Assembly: GCA_965637545.1 (NCBI GenBank)
Contig: OZ281494.1
Coordinates: forward strand, 5,332,001 to 5,396,000
Length of the DNA stretch: 64,000 nucleotides
Origin: Phallusia mammillata
Lineage: Eukaryota
Reading direction: 5' to 3'
The stretch's first letter is position 1. Every line of letters starts with the position of its first letter. A model generated the notes under the pieces. That model ran no database searches. It was not told where the DNA came from and worked only from the letters and a program-made list of their open reading frames with translations. The position numbers and the translations under genes were made by a program. Below, piece after piece: positions 36,623-49,700 of the stretch.

Positions 36623-39600
36623 TCAGACCTTTGTGGTTCTCGAGTTTCCCTTGACATGAGGTTTGTCTACGCTAGAAGCAATTGAATTTGATTTCTTTCT
36701 TGTAGGCAAACTGGCACCATCTATTAATTTCTTTACATTCGAATAGATGGTCTGTGGGAGGTTGGTGTAGATTATCGGGTTAAGTGAGCTGTTGATGGGG
36801 AGGAGGACGATCGCTGAAACTGCGTAAGAGTCTGGGGTCAAAATTTGACCTGACATGCTCATGAAAGTCATGATGCAAATCGGCAACCAACAACAGAAGT
36901 CAGTTGCTATGAGAACTGTGATTTTCTTCTGCATTTTCTTGATCTGATGGTTCTTCGCTTTCACCAACCCTCTATCGCGGGATTTCATGTAAATCATCAC
37001 ATACGCGGTGGCGATGTACAAAAGTGCGACGAAGTTAAACGTAATCACGATGGATGACATCACATTGACGTTTGATTCATCTTTCCTGATGCGGAACAGG
37101 CGAGGAATGCAAACACTACTGCTGCTGTAATAACCGAAATAGTTGTCCCACGTGGGCGCCACAGAGCCGTGAATTGACCTTAAAAAGTCAGCAAGGTCAA
37201 CCCAGTCATATGATGTTACTTGTGGTTGAGTTTTGTTTTCGAGCGCACCGATGCGTAGCGCGAACTGCCTGACGTCAGCGAGTGAGACTTGGCCGGTGTG
37301 AAAATAAGGACTTGGTGTGATTTGAGCGCTTGTGATCATATCGGATGAGAGGGCGCGGGAGAGTGGAAGCAAAGCGATGAGGAATGAGATGAGCCAGATG
37401 ATGCAGATCCACATCATAACGATTCGTGCTTTTACGCTCCGCGAGTTGAAGGGATTGAAGACGCTGTAGAGTCGATATGAAGTGATACAAACCAGGGTAA
37501 GGACCGATGTTTCACTAGAAACTACAGTCAAGGCACCGATAGCGTTGCACAAATCGCTTGATCTCCACGCTTTGTCAAACAGACAGTAGTTGCCTGAAAA
37601 CTCAATCGCTTTAATCCCGATCACGAGTAGAACGATTCCCATCAGCAAATCCGACACCGCAAGATTAAATATCAATACACGATTTATTAATCCTAACTTA
37701 ACACGCGTTTTTTCTCTGGTCAATCGATGAAAGTAAAGCCAAGTTTTCACCATGACTGCCAGGTTGCCAAACAACGCGAAGACAGCCATGAACCAGACGA
37801 GAATCTCAAGGGCTCTGAGTTTTATCATTTGCTCGTTGGATGCAAGTGCGTCGTTTTGCAGGTAGTTTGGAGGACATTCGTCCGATGAATCGCTGCAGTC
37901 AGAAACACCGTCTAGAACTTTAGTCGTTGGAACAAACAGAGGTTTTTTGTTGCCGCAGTAGAAGTGTGAGATGGTCGAGCAGTTCACTTCATCAGTCGAG
38001 TTCACACAGTCGGACACAAGGTCGCAGGTTTTATTCACGGGAATGCTGATGCGATCGCGAAAACCTGTAAGTGATGTAATGAATGGAAACGAAGCGATAA
38101 AGAGTTTTGATTTTCTCCTAAAATCCCCGAACAATAACAAAACTGTTTGCAGACTAAATGGTGTTTACGTTAGTTATAAAAGATAATCTTTGTCGGTTTT
38201 TAAAATCCTATTGTTAAAGTTAAACTATGTTCCTAATAAATTATTCTCTTGTAAGATTGACATTTAGTGTTTGGTACAGGATCTATCCCGCAAGTAGTAT
38301 GCATCTTTTTGTCGACGATCACTGATTATACATAAAATTATATGTAAGAATAATTGACGAAGCAACAGTGCTTCCTAATTAAAATCAATCAACAAAGTTG
38401 TTTAACGATATATATTTCACCCATAAGGGCATCTTCAGTCGTTCTGTGAAACAACGAGTGTAAAAGTAAAACAAACCAAGCAATGAACTAAAACCATGAA
38501 TGTCAGTTTACAAGAAATAATACAGTGATCACTGCTACTGATAGAGGTGTCAATCAGTTCAAACCTTTTAAAGACTTGGACGCTTGTGAGGCAAAGTGGC
38601 TCAAAATTACCCAAGCTACTATTAATATTCAAAAAATGGTTTTGCCCAGGGTGCGATAACTCCATTCATTATTTGATATCATTTTATTCTTTTACTGGTT
38701 TTAATCGATTTTATTTTGTATTTCATTTGGACTGGGTTGTTTGTTTGTGTTCACTCTATTTTTTCGTTGCCAGTGGCCTAGACGGTTATCTCGTCTCTAC
38801 GCTTTTCCTTCTTTTTTATCTGGGTGTGCACTGTTCCCTTATCGCTTGTTGCAGTGTGTACTTTTCGTGTAGCTTAGACGCAGTTCTGTCGCAGATCTTG
38901 CATAGTCAGCAAGGGCTTGTAGCAGGTTGCCGTATCTCTTTGCTGTGTTTAATATGGTTTTAGTTCATTGCTTGGTTTGTTTTACTTTTACACTCGTTGT
39001 TTCACAGAACGACTGAAGATGCCCTTTTGGGGTGAAAAATATATCGTTAAACAACTTTGTTGACTGATTTTGATTAGGAAGCACTGTTGCTTCGTCAATT
39101 ATTCTCTTGTAAGAGGGAGGTTTGATCGTTTGCAGCTGACATTTTGATTGCACAAATTCTAATAAGTAGTAATATTCCTTTTCTAAATAAATGTGACCAT
39201 ATTTTTGGCAACTTCCATGATTGGCAGCTGTTACCTTGAATCACTGTGTTGACTTTGCCAGCCGAGCATTTGAACTGCTTGGGACAATTTGTTTCATCGA
39301 AGCGTTCTTCACATTCGTCAATTCCGTTGCAGACCGATTTGCCGAGGACAACACCAAACAACTGACTGCATTTTCTTAGCTTGGTCTGAATGTTCTGACC
39401 ATAAAGCAAACTGCCCGGGATTGAAATCTGAAAAAATGTAACGTTACTAAATAAACTACACAAGCCTGGTCTGCAAATCGATCTTCGTTGAATTGTGGTA
39501 TTACTTCAGGCGTTTAACCCATACTTTTGCGGCTTTATAAGATTTTTGTGTTTCGTGATGTGTCATTATCCTAATGATGACGTCTAGTATCGGACATTGA

Positions 39601-42600
39601 AACGTCGGTTGTTTATAATATATCTGCTGTATAAACAATACTCCTTTACACAATAGGCCCCTCAGCAACTGCTAATTAATAGATTATACATTCGTAGCCG
39701 ATCTACAGTTCACTGCAGGACCTACGTTTCAGGCTAATGCGACTATTCGGTGACACAGCAATAGTCAAACCAATCCAAAAACGACAGCGCAACTTATGTC
39801 AGAGACGTTGGTGTCAATATTGAAAAATTTAGTATCGTATATTTTCAAACTTACATCTTCAATTTTAATTTGGTCGCACACTGGAAGTCGGTTGCTGCAG
39901 TTTGCTCTTTCGCTGCATTCGTCCTCAAACACAGAACATTCCACGATATTATCACACCTGTAACGTACAAACACTCAAATTTTTTTCACTAGCATTTTTG
40001 TTTGGTTGTGACAGGTTTATAAATTCTTGGTAATGGTTTATTCATAAAGAGTTATCAAGGCACCAACATTGTTCGCTGTTAGACGAAAAATTTAAAGTTT
40101 GTTTCACCAAAGTTGCCTTTAAAATCATATTCTCGTCTGATGTGTTTTCACATTTGCTTTTTTAACCTACTTTTTGGCTTCTACTGGAAGCAACGAGTCA
40201 ACAAGATCTTTATTCGTAAACTTTAAAGCAATAGTTCGTATTTCTGAAGTAACAATGTTGCATTGAAAATCTGGAATCTTTCTGTTGCTGCTCTGAGTGG
40301 TGTGTCTGCCGCAGTTTAGTTCGTCAAGCTTCGTGATTGGACAATCCACTTTTCCGTCACAAACTTGCGACTTGGCAATACAAAGATTCTCGGAACCACA
40401 TTTAACTTGTCCTTCACTACAATAAGAGCAAGGTGAGCTTCCAGGGACTCCGTAGCAAATATTATCACACAGATATCTTGACGGAGCCGACGCTGGGACA
40501 TTTTGCGCACATAGGCATTCGTCTGTGAGATCGGGGCAGTCAAAAATTCCGTCACACAACTGCTTAGGTGAGATGATGATGTCAGAATACAGACAACGGT
40601 GACAAGTGAAAGTTCCGTTGATGAAACATAAGTCGGATGAGTCTTGGCAGTTAGGATATTCGTCTGTTAACGACCATTGTGGAATTACGCAGTATTCGAG
40701 GCGATTGTCAAGCCCTGCGATCAGTTTGTTACATTTAAAACCAGTAACTTGTTGCACGTCTTCGGTACTTCCTGGACAATCTGAATATTCATCACACGAG
40801 TAAGTCCGGTGAACGCAAGTGCCAGGATCATTTAAACAGCGAATCATCCTCGGCTCGTTACAGCTCTCAATCTCATCGCTACAGTCACCACAGTGATCCA
40901 TGCCGTCGCACAACAAGGACGTGGGAATGCATCGCTTGCTGTTGTTGCAACGAAACTCTCCCTCCACACAAGTGTCGTTATCCGTCCACGGAACTTCGTC
41001 ACTTCCGTCCTTGCAGTTTACCAACTTGTTGCCTCGCCACGAGCGAGGAATGCAACGACCGTTGTCGAGGCATTGGAACTCTTTGTCTGGAATGCATTTA
41101 AGAGCTTGCTTCTCATCAGAAGCATCGGGACAATCGTTATATCCGTCTAATACTCGATATCTTGCCAGGCATCTCCCATTTGTCTGGCATCGAAACTCAG
41201 TATCATTGTGACAACTTGTCAACTTGTCAACTTCATCCCGTCCATTTGTGCAGTCATTTACGCCGTCCAGAACCCACTCTCTGGGAATACATTGTAAGGG
41301 AACTGTGTTATCTTCAGAACAGGGGAATTCCGAGTTTATACACAAGGCGAGACTCATTTCTTCGTCACTTCCGTCCTTCACCACCATCGTGTCACAGTCG
41401 CGCTTTCCGTTTTGCACCAGCCAACGCGGAATACAAATCCTGCTGTGCTTGCATGTGAACTCTGCAATGAAACAAAAAAGTTCAAGCTCAGTTTTAAAGC
41501 TGTTTTACTAGGCTATACTTTGCACTTAAACTTATTCTCTTCATAATATGCTAAATTCAACACCTTGTTCAGCAAACAAAAATTTATCAAATAGCACATT
41601 TTGTAAGACATCGTTCAACTTACTCACCATGCAAATAGAGGCAGAAGTCTCAGTTTTTTTTAAACAGAACTCCCCACTAATACTCGATTTTATGTTTACA
41701 TTTTTCCCGGCATTTCCCCATTATCCTAACACAACTTTTGGCTTCAAACAAAACGCCAAAGTTTTCTGCTTACACGCACCTGATTTATTCCTACATGGAA
41801 AAACAAAGCTCTCATTCAGTTTGCAGCTTAGTGGTGTGTTGATAAGGTGACGAGGTACACACTTTTGTGAAAAGCGGCACACAAGTTCATTGTCATCACA
41901 TTGGAGAGGATCTGCAGACAGAGTGATAATGATTAACATGATACGTTTAGTTTCCTGTTAAGTACTTGTGTTGCCATAGTATTAAAGCTGTAACAACAAG
42001 ATACAGGACCATTGAGCCAATTGTTTACAGGACCAATTGGTTTCACTTTACACCCTAATAGCGTTAATACATGCGTTGTGCTTGTGGGTTTTATGTATGC
42101 TTTTTTCTGTTTGGCCTATGTATTTATGTTGCATATTGAACTGTCAAAAACCTTTACACAAATAAATTGTTATATTAATAGAGTCTGATATTGTGGGCCT
42201 ACAAAGCTATTGATGCTGGTTGTATTTTTTATTGATTTATTAATATTAGATTTCTTTTTCAATAAAATTGTTCTGCTTTCAAACACAACACTTAATAAGC
42301 TCCTCATGCGTTGTTTAATGGTCCAGAATATCACATGAAAATACTGACCCAAAGGTCCTTTATGCGAGGCTCAACGGGTAAACCTTTGAGCATTATTTTT
42401 TGTAATTTTAAAAACGGAATTGCCAACGCATTTCCAAATAAAAAAAGTTATGCCCTTGTGTAAGTGTGTTTAAACGTGTAGTATTAGTACAGGTGTTCAA
42501 TGGCAATTTTTCTTTCGAACTCAAAGAAATAGTCATGAAAAACTGAATTTTGGCCCAATGATCCCTAATCTCCCATAAGAATTAAGTCATTTCGACGAAA

Positions 42601-42980
42601 GACTTACAATTAGGTTGCAAGGTTAACAAAGTTTTTTGACCGTTTAGTTGTATTGTAATTGCGAAGATGGAACTATTGTCAAATTCGGTGATTGTTTGTT
42701 TTTGTGTAATAAATTATTTTGGACCGAAAAACCTATTGTGAAATGTTACAAAGCTTGTTCATATTGGGTAGGAGCTATTTATCAAGCAAAGCAGCTTACA
42801 AACCTGAAAACTCATCTGTTTTATCGTCTCCGCGTCCGTTAAACCCGTCCGTTTCATTGCCTTCTCGGCATTCAAGTTCATAGTTGTGAACCTTGTACCT
42901 CGGTATACATATTTTGGATTGAACACAACGATGGTAACCGTCTTCTTCTCGGCAAAGCGAAGTTCCAGGTGTTCCATGAA
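36623..42980 (-). CDS. LDLa-repeat GPCR E (intact ORF; start exon not identified)
   Basis: Exons 42804-42980, 41780-41911, 40171-41461, 39855-39957, 39235-39427, 36623-38064. Phase-matched and open; 7TM exon is 1442 nt as in D. Confidence 0.86.
38347..39105. mobile_element. Foldback/long-TIR element in the last intron of gene E
   Basis: ~150-bp near-identical inverted repeats at 38347-38497 and ~38955-39105 (agaataattgacgaagcaacagtgcttcc... versus its reverse complement). Absent from D, F, G. TSD unclear. Confidence 0.7.
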
Positions 42981-43579
42981 CTGCACGGAAAATCATGGCT
43001 TGGTTGTGCTTTTTCAAGTATGCATGTTTTTGTATACCAGACTTTTTCATTAAGACCACATATGTGGTTAACTTCAACAGAAATCAGACTGAAAGGGTTT
43101 TAGTATTGTAACAACCAAGCGCAAGAGCCACAATTAAATTTAAAACTAAGATTTATATTTTGATGGATATAATTCGTTTTATAACTCGAAGACATGGAAA
43201 CGTAAATAAATCTCGTGCTTATTGTTTTTATCCAATAGTTTAGGAAAAAAGGACCGGAGTACAATTAAAAGGTAGTTGACGGGCCTAGATTGCACTTACA
43301 TTTAATGCAATGGCGTACTTCCAAAACACTTTATTTAACCCACAACGAACGAACTAAACAGTTTACCACGAACTAAACTGCATACCACGGCCAATTCAAA
43401 ACGCTTTGTTAAACTCCTGTCTAACTTTACGTCATCCGGTTAAAGGCTATTCATCATACTACTAACACAACCGAAACAGCTCAAGTTGCACTATCCCCGG
43501 GTGGTTTTCTGTCGGTATTGTTTCTCCTCATTTTTCACGTACTGTTTTTTTGTTGTTACACTTAGCGGTTATGTTCCAC

Positions 43580-43715
43580 CAGGGGTCGGCAACTTGTCGA
43601 ACGCCGCGTGCCAAATCGCTCGTTATTTTACTGCGTAATAATTGTCGTGCTAACTTTTGCATGAAATATATTGCTTTATTTTGCCAGCTGATTTAAATAT
43701 CAATAAAACGGATGT
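43580..43715. mobile_element. One-ended hAT MITE fragment upstream of E; equivalents at ~52659 (F) and ~61991 (G), absent at D
   Basis: Begins caggggtcggcaac, the same TIR type as the element at 3773-3787. No partner TIR found. Confidence 0.45.
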
Positions 43716-44189
43716 GCTTCGTTTATTATGCTATGGACTTGCTTGACACAAAGTTATGCAATAATTAAGATAGTAATAAACTTGCATAGAAATCCATAAC
43801 AGGGCTCTTTGGAATAATCATTTACCACGAATAAAATTCTTGTAAACGAAACTTAGTAATGGTTACGTTACATTTAACAATTATATCCCCAAAATTAAAT
43901 TTCAAGTGGGAATTTTAATCTCATGCAGCTTATAAAATAAACCACTATTAGGAAAAATACAGCTAATCCAACATGTTTAGTTAAAATCATTTGCACTTAC
44001 TTTGCCTATGACAAATCCACAGAAGATAAAGCAATATTCCAATTTTAGTCATAGTCTTTACAACAGAACTATAAGTGTTCCTTGTTTATGGAGAAATAAA
44101 CAAAAAATTCTGAAGTAACTTCTGATAACCGCTTCCTAATTAATTTTTTTTTATTTTGAAGGCTGTGTTAAATTTTTGTAGTCCTATTT

Positions 44190-44648
44190 TAGGTTACCAT
44201 ATTTGATGATACAAATCCCTGAAAATTTATCTGAGTTGTGCAAACCTTTTTCGTCAGCAGTGAAAGCCAATGAAACTTTCCACGTAGCATTGAATGCTGT
44301 GTTTTCTTAAGACACAGATTTTTATTTTTGCATTCACTTTGTATTGTTAGGCAACCAGTAACAAACAGGTAGAGTTACGCCCACACACACATTGCAAAAC
44401 GAAACAGTAACCTTGCGCGTTAACCTGCGCGCCGCCAGTTCACCTCTGTGTCAAATGGTTAAGACGCTGTTGTAGTAAACTACTACTGTAAACTTTCTCC
44501 GTTGGTACAGTTATTTAACAAAATATATACTGTATATGTATTTTCTTAAATGCCGGACTTTTAAGTACATTTTGACTTTTCTCCCTAACGAAGATTAACA
44601 CCAAATTCCCTGACATGTCAAGAGAAATCCTGACGAATGGAAACCCTA
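44190..44648. mobile_element. hAT-type MITE, copy 1
   Basis: Ends taggttaccat...atggaaacccta. Flanks tcctattt/ttctattg (6/8 TSD match). The equivalent positions upstream of D (~35600) and G (~62680) are empty. Confidence 0.6.
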
Positions 44649-45161
44649 TTCTATTGTTAATTATTGCTGTTTCTGTTTAAAAAATTTTGCTTCTATTCTT
44701 CTAAAGCGAACAATAGAAAACGTCTTCGCATAGCTTTCGATTTTCCACATAACTCTAATTCCGTGGTAAATTTAACAGTGAATCTCTGGATCCAAATTTG
44801 ACTCAGAAGCTTGATACTTGTTGAAGGGTCAAAGTTGCAAACAAAGTCTAAACCAAAATATCAAAATATAACACGCAGAGATGCAACTTCCGCGGATGCG
44901 TGAAACGTGATCTTACGTCATTGATGACGTGTTCGTCACCAGGTTTGAGAAAAACAACTTCATAGGTTTTCTTGACTGTTGAACGCTTGTCATAACACGA
45001 CATCTCAAACCAAAATAGCACTTGTTTTTGCCTCTTTTTCGCACTAGCTATGTTCAAACTTTAAGTTCAGTGTTATTGCATTCTTAACGTATCAAGTGGT
45101 TTTCTTTACCTTGTGTGAAAGTATAGACTAAACCGTCTTTACTTTTACCGTGAATTCATGA

Positions 45162-45614
45162 AGATGAACTGAAGCGACAGGACCTTGTACCACGATCTGT
45201 AAACGTCTAAGACCTTTTCTGGTGCTTTCTCAAATTTCGTGTTAACTACGAAATCAACCCAAAAGTTATTGAAAAGAGAATAAATACGCAGGTTTACAGA
45301 ATGTTTTTGGCATTACAGAAAGCCTAACAACGGATGAATGTCTTAAGGACCAAATCTTCACGTTAAAATTCGCTTGTCATGTTCACATTAAACAAGACTT
45401 TCAAACAGACTGGTGATCCATCAGAACTTGTATGCTCTTGAATTTTCATGTACACCCTCACGGTGCTTGGATGAATCGATGTGTGGTTTGCAATCTGCCA
45501 GAAGGAGCTGGTTGAGCCAATGAAATGGTAAATTGATCGTATCTTCCTAAGCTAGATTGTGTCACGTTGGACTAAATAAATCCAGACAACACCTCGGAAT
45601 GAAGGTTTTGAATT
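45162..45614 (-). pseudogene. Remnant of an adhesion GPCR (GAIN-region exon plus 5' half of GPS exon), internally deleted
   Basis: gatgaactgaagcgacaggaccttgtaccacgatctgtaaacgtc matches gene B 12840-12885. ggatgaatcgatgtgtggtttgcaat matches B 13468-13493. No 7TM exons follow. Confidence 0.75.
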
Positions 45615-46792
45615 CTGAAACACGAGTTTTTATACATAGCAGATTTTAGGCTGTGCGTAATCAAAGTAAAAACCCTTTCAGAAAATATCAATAACCAATG
45701 TGATATAAAACTGATATATATATATATATGTATATAAGTTACACGTTCAGTAGAACAAAAACTGGCGAACAAAGCGACGAAAATTTCCCATGGGAGCAAC
45801 AAATAATAATTTTCATCCTAAACAAAGGGGGCGTAAAAAATTTCCGCTTCTTGTTTTGTGCATTGGTTGCTCCTGCTACGTCATCTCCACCTTCTGAATT
45901 GAAATAGTTTAATATGTTGCATTGACACATGCATCGACAAACAGCTTTTTCTTTGATAATATTGAAAAGTCTCAACGAATTCTTCCTATATCCTTCATGT
46001 TTTTCAAAAAAATTCATTGGCCTATTTGGAGTCTAATCATTGGTTCACCTTGGTTATTTAAAATATTGTCTAGTTTGTACTAACCCTGCTCAAGTTTGTC
46101 AAGATAAAATCAGTATCGTTTACTATTTTAAAGATCTGAAGAAAACATTTACAGCCTTTCATGTAATGCCACCTCTTTGCTTAAAAGATTTTATCATGCA
46201 TCGTTAAAACTGTATATTATTAAGGCGCTTTATACACAACATGCATATAAAACACAGTAAGACGCAAGACGGTTGCTGTGCAGAAGGATTACAGTTTTCG
46301 AAATTTCGATTGTATGGTATACCGGAAAAAAACAAGTTCCACAATTTGCCTGGGAGAAGCAACAATCGGAAGAAGAGTACGTTAAACGAAATCTTGGCTG
46401 GTTGTCACTGCACTACCAACTAAGCTTAGTAACAGCCTAATCAACTTAATAAACATGTTTAAGAGATATTTCATTGTGCAAAATTGCAGCGCTATTAAGT
46501 TTGTTTAAAAGCGGAATAAAAAACAGAAATTGAAGTTAACACAAGTTAAATTCACAGAATAACTTTTTTTTGGTTTTTAATACTTACTTATTTCCATTTT
46601 GTCGTTCTTCAGCACGACTAAAGTGGTTTATAAAATAAAAAAAAAACATTGAAAAAAGTTATGAACTTATCATACTAATTAGCGGGCACAAATAACAGGC
46701 TCATAAACAAAAATTGGCGCCACCAAAACTATTAGATGTAGGACCGTTTATTCTGCTTTGAAACAGCTACGATATAAATAGCTGTCCAACTC

Positions 46793-49700
46793 TCAGACCT
46801 TTGCGGTTTTCGAGTTTCCTGTAACATGAGGTTGGCCTTCGCTAGAAGCAACTAAATTTGACTTCTTTCTTGTAGGCAAACTGGCACGATTTATTAATTT
46901 CTTTACATTGAAGTAGATGGTCTGTGGAAGGTTAGTGTAGATTATCGGGTTAAGTGAGCTGTTGGTGGGAAGCAGGACGATCGCTGAAACTGCGTAAGAG
47001 TCGGGAGTTAAAATGTGACCTGACATGCTCATGAAAGTCATGATGCAAACCGGCAGCCAACAACAGAAGTCAGTTGCTATGAGAACCGTAATTTTCTTCT
47101 GCATTCTTTTGATTTGTTGGTTCTTCGCTTTTGCCAACCCTCTTCTGCTGCGGGATTTCATGTAAATCATCACATAAGCGGTGGCGAGTTGAACGTTATC
47201 ACGATTGATGACATCACATTGACGTTTGATTCCTCTTTGCTGATGCGGAACAAGCGAGGAATGCAAACGCTACTGCTGCTGTAATAACCGAAATAGTTGT
47301 CCCATGTGGGTGCCACAGAGCTGTGACTTGACCTTAAAAAGTCAGCAAGGTCAACCCAGTCATATGTCGTCACCTGTGGTTGAGATTTGTTTACGAGGGC
47401 ACCGATGCGTAACGCGAACTGCCTGACGTCAGCGAGTGAAACTTCGTCAGTGTGAAAATAAGGACTTGGCGATATTTTAGCGCTTGTGAACACATCGGAT
47501 AAGAGGACGCTGGAGAGTGGAAACAAAGCGATGAGGAATGAGATGAGCCAAATGATGCAGATCCACATCATAACGAGTCGTGCTCTGACGCTCCGCGAGT
47601 TGAAGGGATTGAAGACGCTGTAGAGTCGATATGAAGTGATACAAACCAGGGTAAGGACCGATGTTTCACTTGAAACTACAGTCAAGACACCAATCAAACA
47701 GACGGTATTTGCCTGAAATCTCAACCGCTTTAATCCCGATCACGAGTAGAACGATCCCCATCAGCAAATCCGACACCGCAAGATTAAATATCAATACACG
47801 ATTTATTAACTCTAACTTGACACGTGTTTTGCCGCTGGTCAACCGATGAAAGTAAATCGCTGTCTTCACCATGACACCCAGGTTCCCAAATAATGCAAAG
47901 ACAGCCAGACGAGGATCTCAAGGGCTCTGAGTTTTATCATTTGCTCGTAAGATGCAAATGCGGCGTTAGGAATCTCGTCCGAGGAATCGCTGCAGTCAGA
48001 AACACCGTCGAGGACTTTGGTCGTTGGAACAAAGAGGGGTTTCTTGTTGCCGCAGTAGAAATGTGATATGGTCGAGCAGTCCACTTCATCAATCGAGTTC
48101 ACACAGTCGGACACGAGGTCGCAGGTTTTTTCCATGGGAATGCTGATGCGATCGCGAAAACCTGCGTGTATAAAATAAATGAAAACGAAGCCATAAGAGT
48201 TTCGAATTTCTCCTTGAACACCGAATCACTAACGTTACTGTATTCAAACTAAAAAATTTTTACTTCTGCATTCTTTTTTAATGTATAATTTTCGAGGCTG
48301 CTCACAACAGGGTATAAAAGGAAATGTAATGTTTTTTCAGTCATGCTTTGGAAAAAAATCATAATTGTAGTTGGTCAAAACTCTGTAGACTATATTACGA
48401 AAAATCAAAACAAGAAGCACTGTGGGAATACTACGGCAAAATCCTATCACTATGGTATGAAACATGAAAAACAAAATTCACCACGGGAAACTACTAATTA
48501 TGTCTTTGATCGTTATTTTTAACATAAAAGTTAAAAATAAAACTATATTTAATAACAAAACTATTATTTAAATCTTTGCGAGATCTATGATTGGCAGCTG
48601 TTACCTTGAATTCCTGTGTTGACTTTGCCAGCCGAGCATTTAAACTGGTTGGGACAATTTGCTTCGTCATATTTTTCTTCACATTCATCAATTCCGTTGC
48701 AGACAAAATTGCCGACGACAATATCAAACAAATGACTGCATTTTCTTAGGCTCATATGAATTGCTTGGCCATCAAGGAAACTGCCCGGAATAAGAATCTA
48801 AAAAATGTAACGTTATCAAATAAACTACACACGCCAGGTCTGCAAGGATTCGTACCCACGACAGGATAGGCTAGAAAAGGATTCGTATCCTTCTGGGACA
48901 TGTGTGTGTTGTAATCGCTGGTCTGCATAGACGTTACTGGGCTGATCCCAGAATTGAATTTATGTTTATCTTAACTTTGTTGAATCAAGCCAGTGTTTCT
49001 GGCATTTAACTGATGACTTTGCCGCTGTATAAGACCTTTGTGATTCGACGTCAGCCATTATCCTTTTAAAGGCATTAAAGCGTATGGGAAATCATCACAT
49101 CAGTTGTTTATAATAAAACTGTTAGATCAGCAATACTCGTTTACACATTATGTCTATTCGGAACAGCAAATTTATAGATTATCATCTTGCATATATTCGC
49201 AGTTAACTTTCAGTTCAATGCGGGACATATGTTTCAGACTAAAGCGACTATTCGGTGACACAGCAATAGTTAAACCGTTTCAAAAACGACAGCGCAACTT
49301 ATATCAGAGACGTTGGTGTCGGTAGTGACAATTTTAAGATTTTTTTTAACTTACGTTATCAATTTTAATTTGGTCGCACACTGGAAGTCGGTTGCTGCAG
49401 TTTGCTCTTTCGCTGCATTCGTCCTCAAACACAGAACATTCCACGATACCATCACACCTGTAAAGTACAAACACACAAACTTTTTTCATTAGCATTTTTG
49501 TTTGGTTGTGGCAGGTTTATAAATTCTTGGTAATGGTTTATTCATAAAGGGTTATCAAGGCACCAACATTGTTCGCTGTTAGATGCAAAATTTAAAGTTT
49601 GTTTCATCAAAGTTGCCTTTCAAATCATATTCTCGTCTGATGTGTTTTCACATTTGCCTTTTTAACCTACTTTTTGGCTTCTACTGGAAACAGCGAGTCA

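Noticed and set aside
36623-38140. 505-aa ORF as a stand-alone intronless GPCR starting MLLFGDF
   Set aside because: The first residues lie in the intron; the real exon starts at the acceptor at 38064, matching D and A.
44890-44940. Paired CRE-like half sites (ttacgtca...tgacgtg) conserved upstream of E, F and G
   Set aside because: Conservation is explained by recent duplication, and such short motifs are expected by chance.
45713-45735. (TA)n tracts here and at ~55073-55090, and a 24-bp direct repeat at 8020-8070
   Set aside because: Ordinary microsatellite or slippage features.
48840-48960. tRNA/SINE-like B-box (reverse complement gtcgtgggtacgaatcc), similar at ~58255-58340
   Set aside because: No A-box, cloverleaf or tail could be identified; too weak to call.
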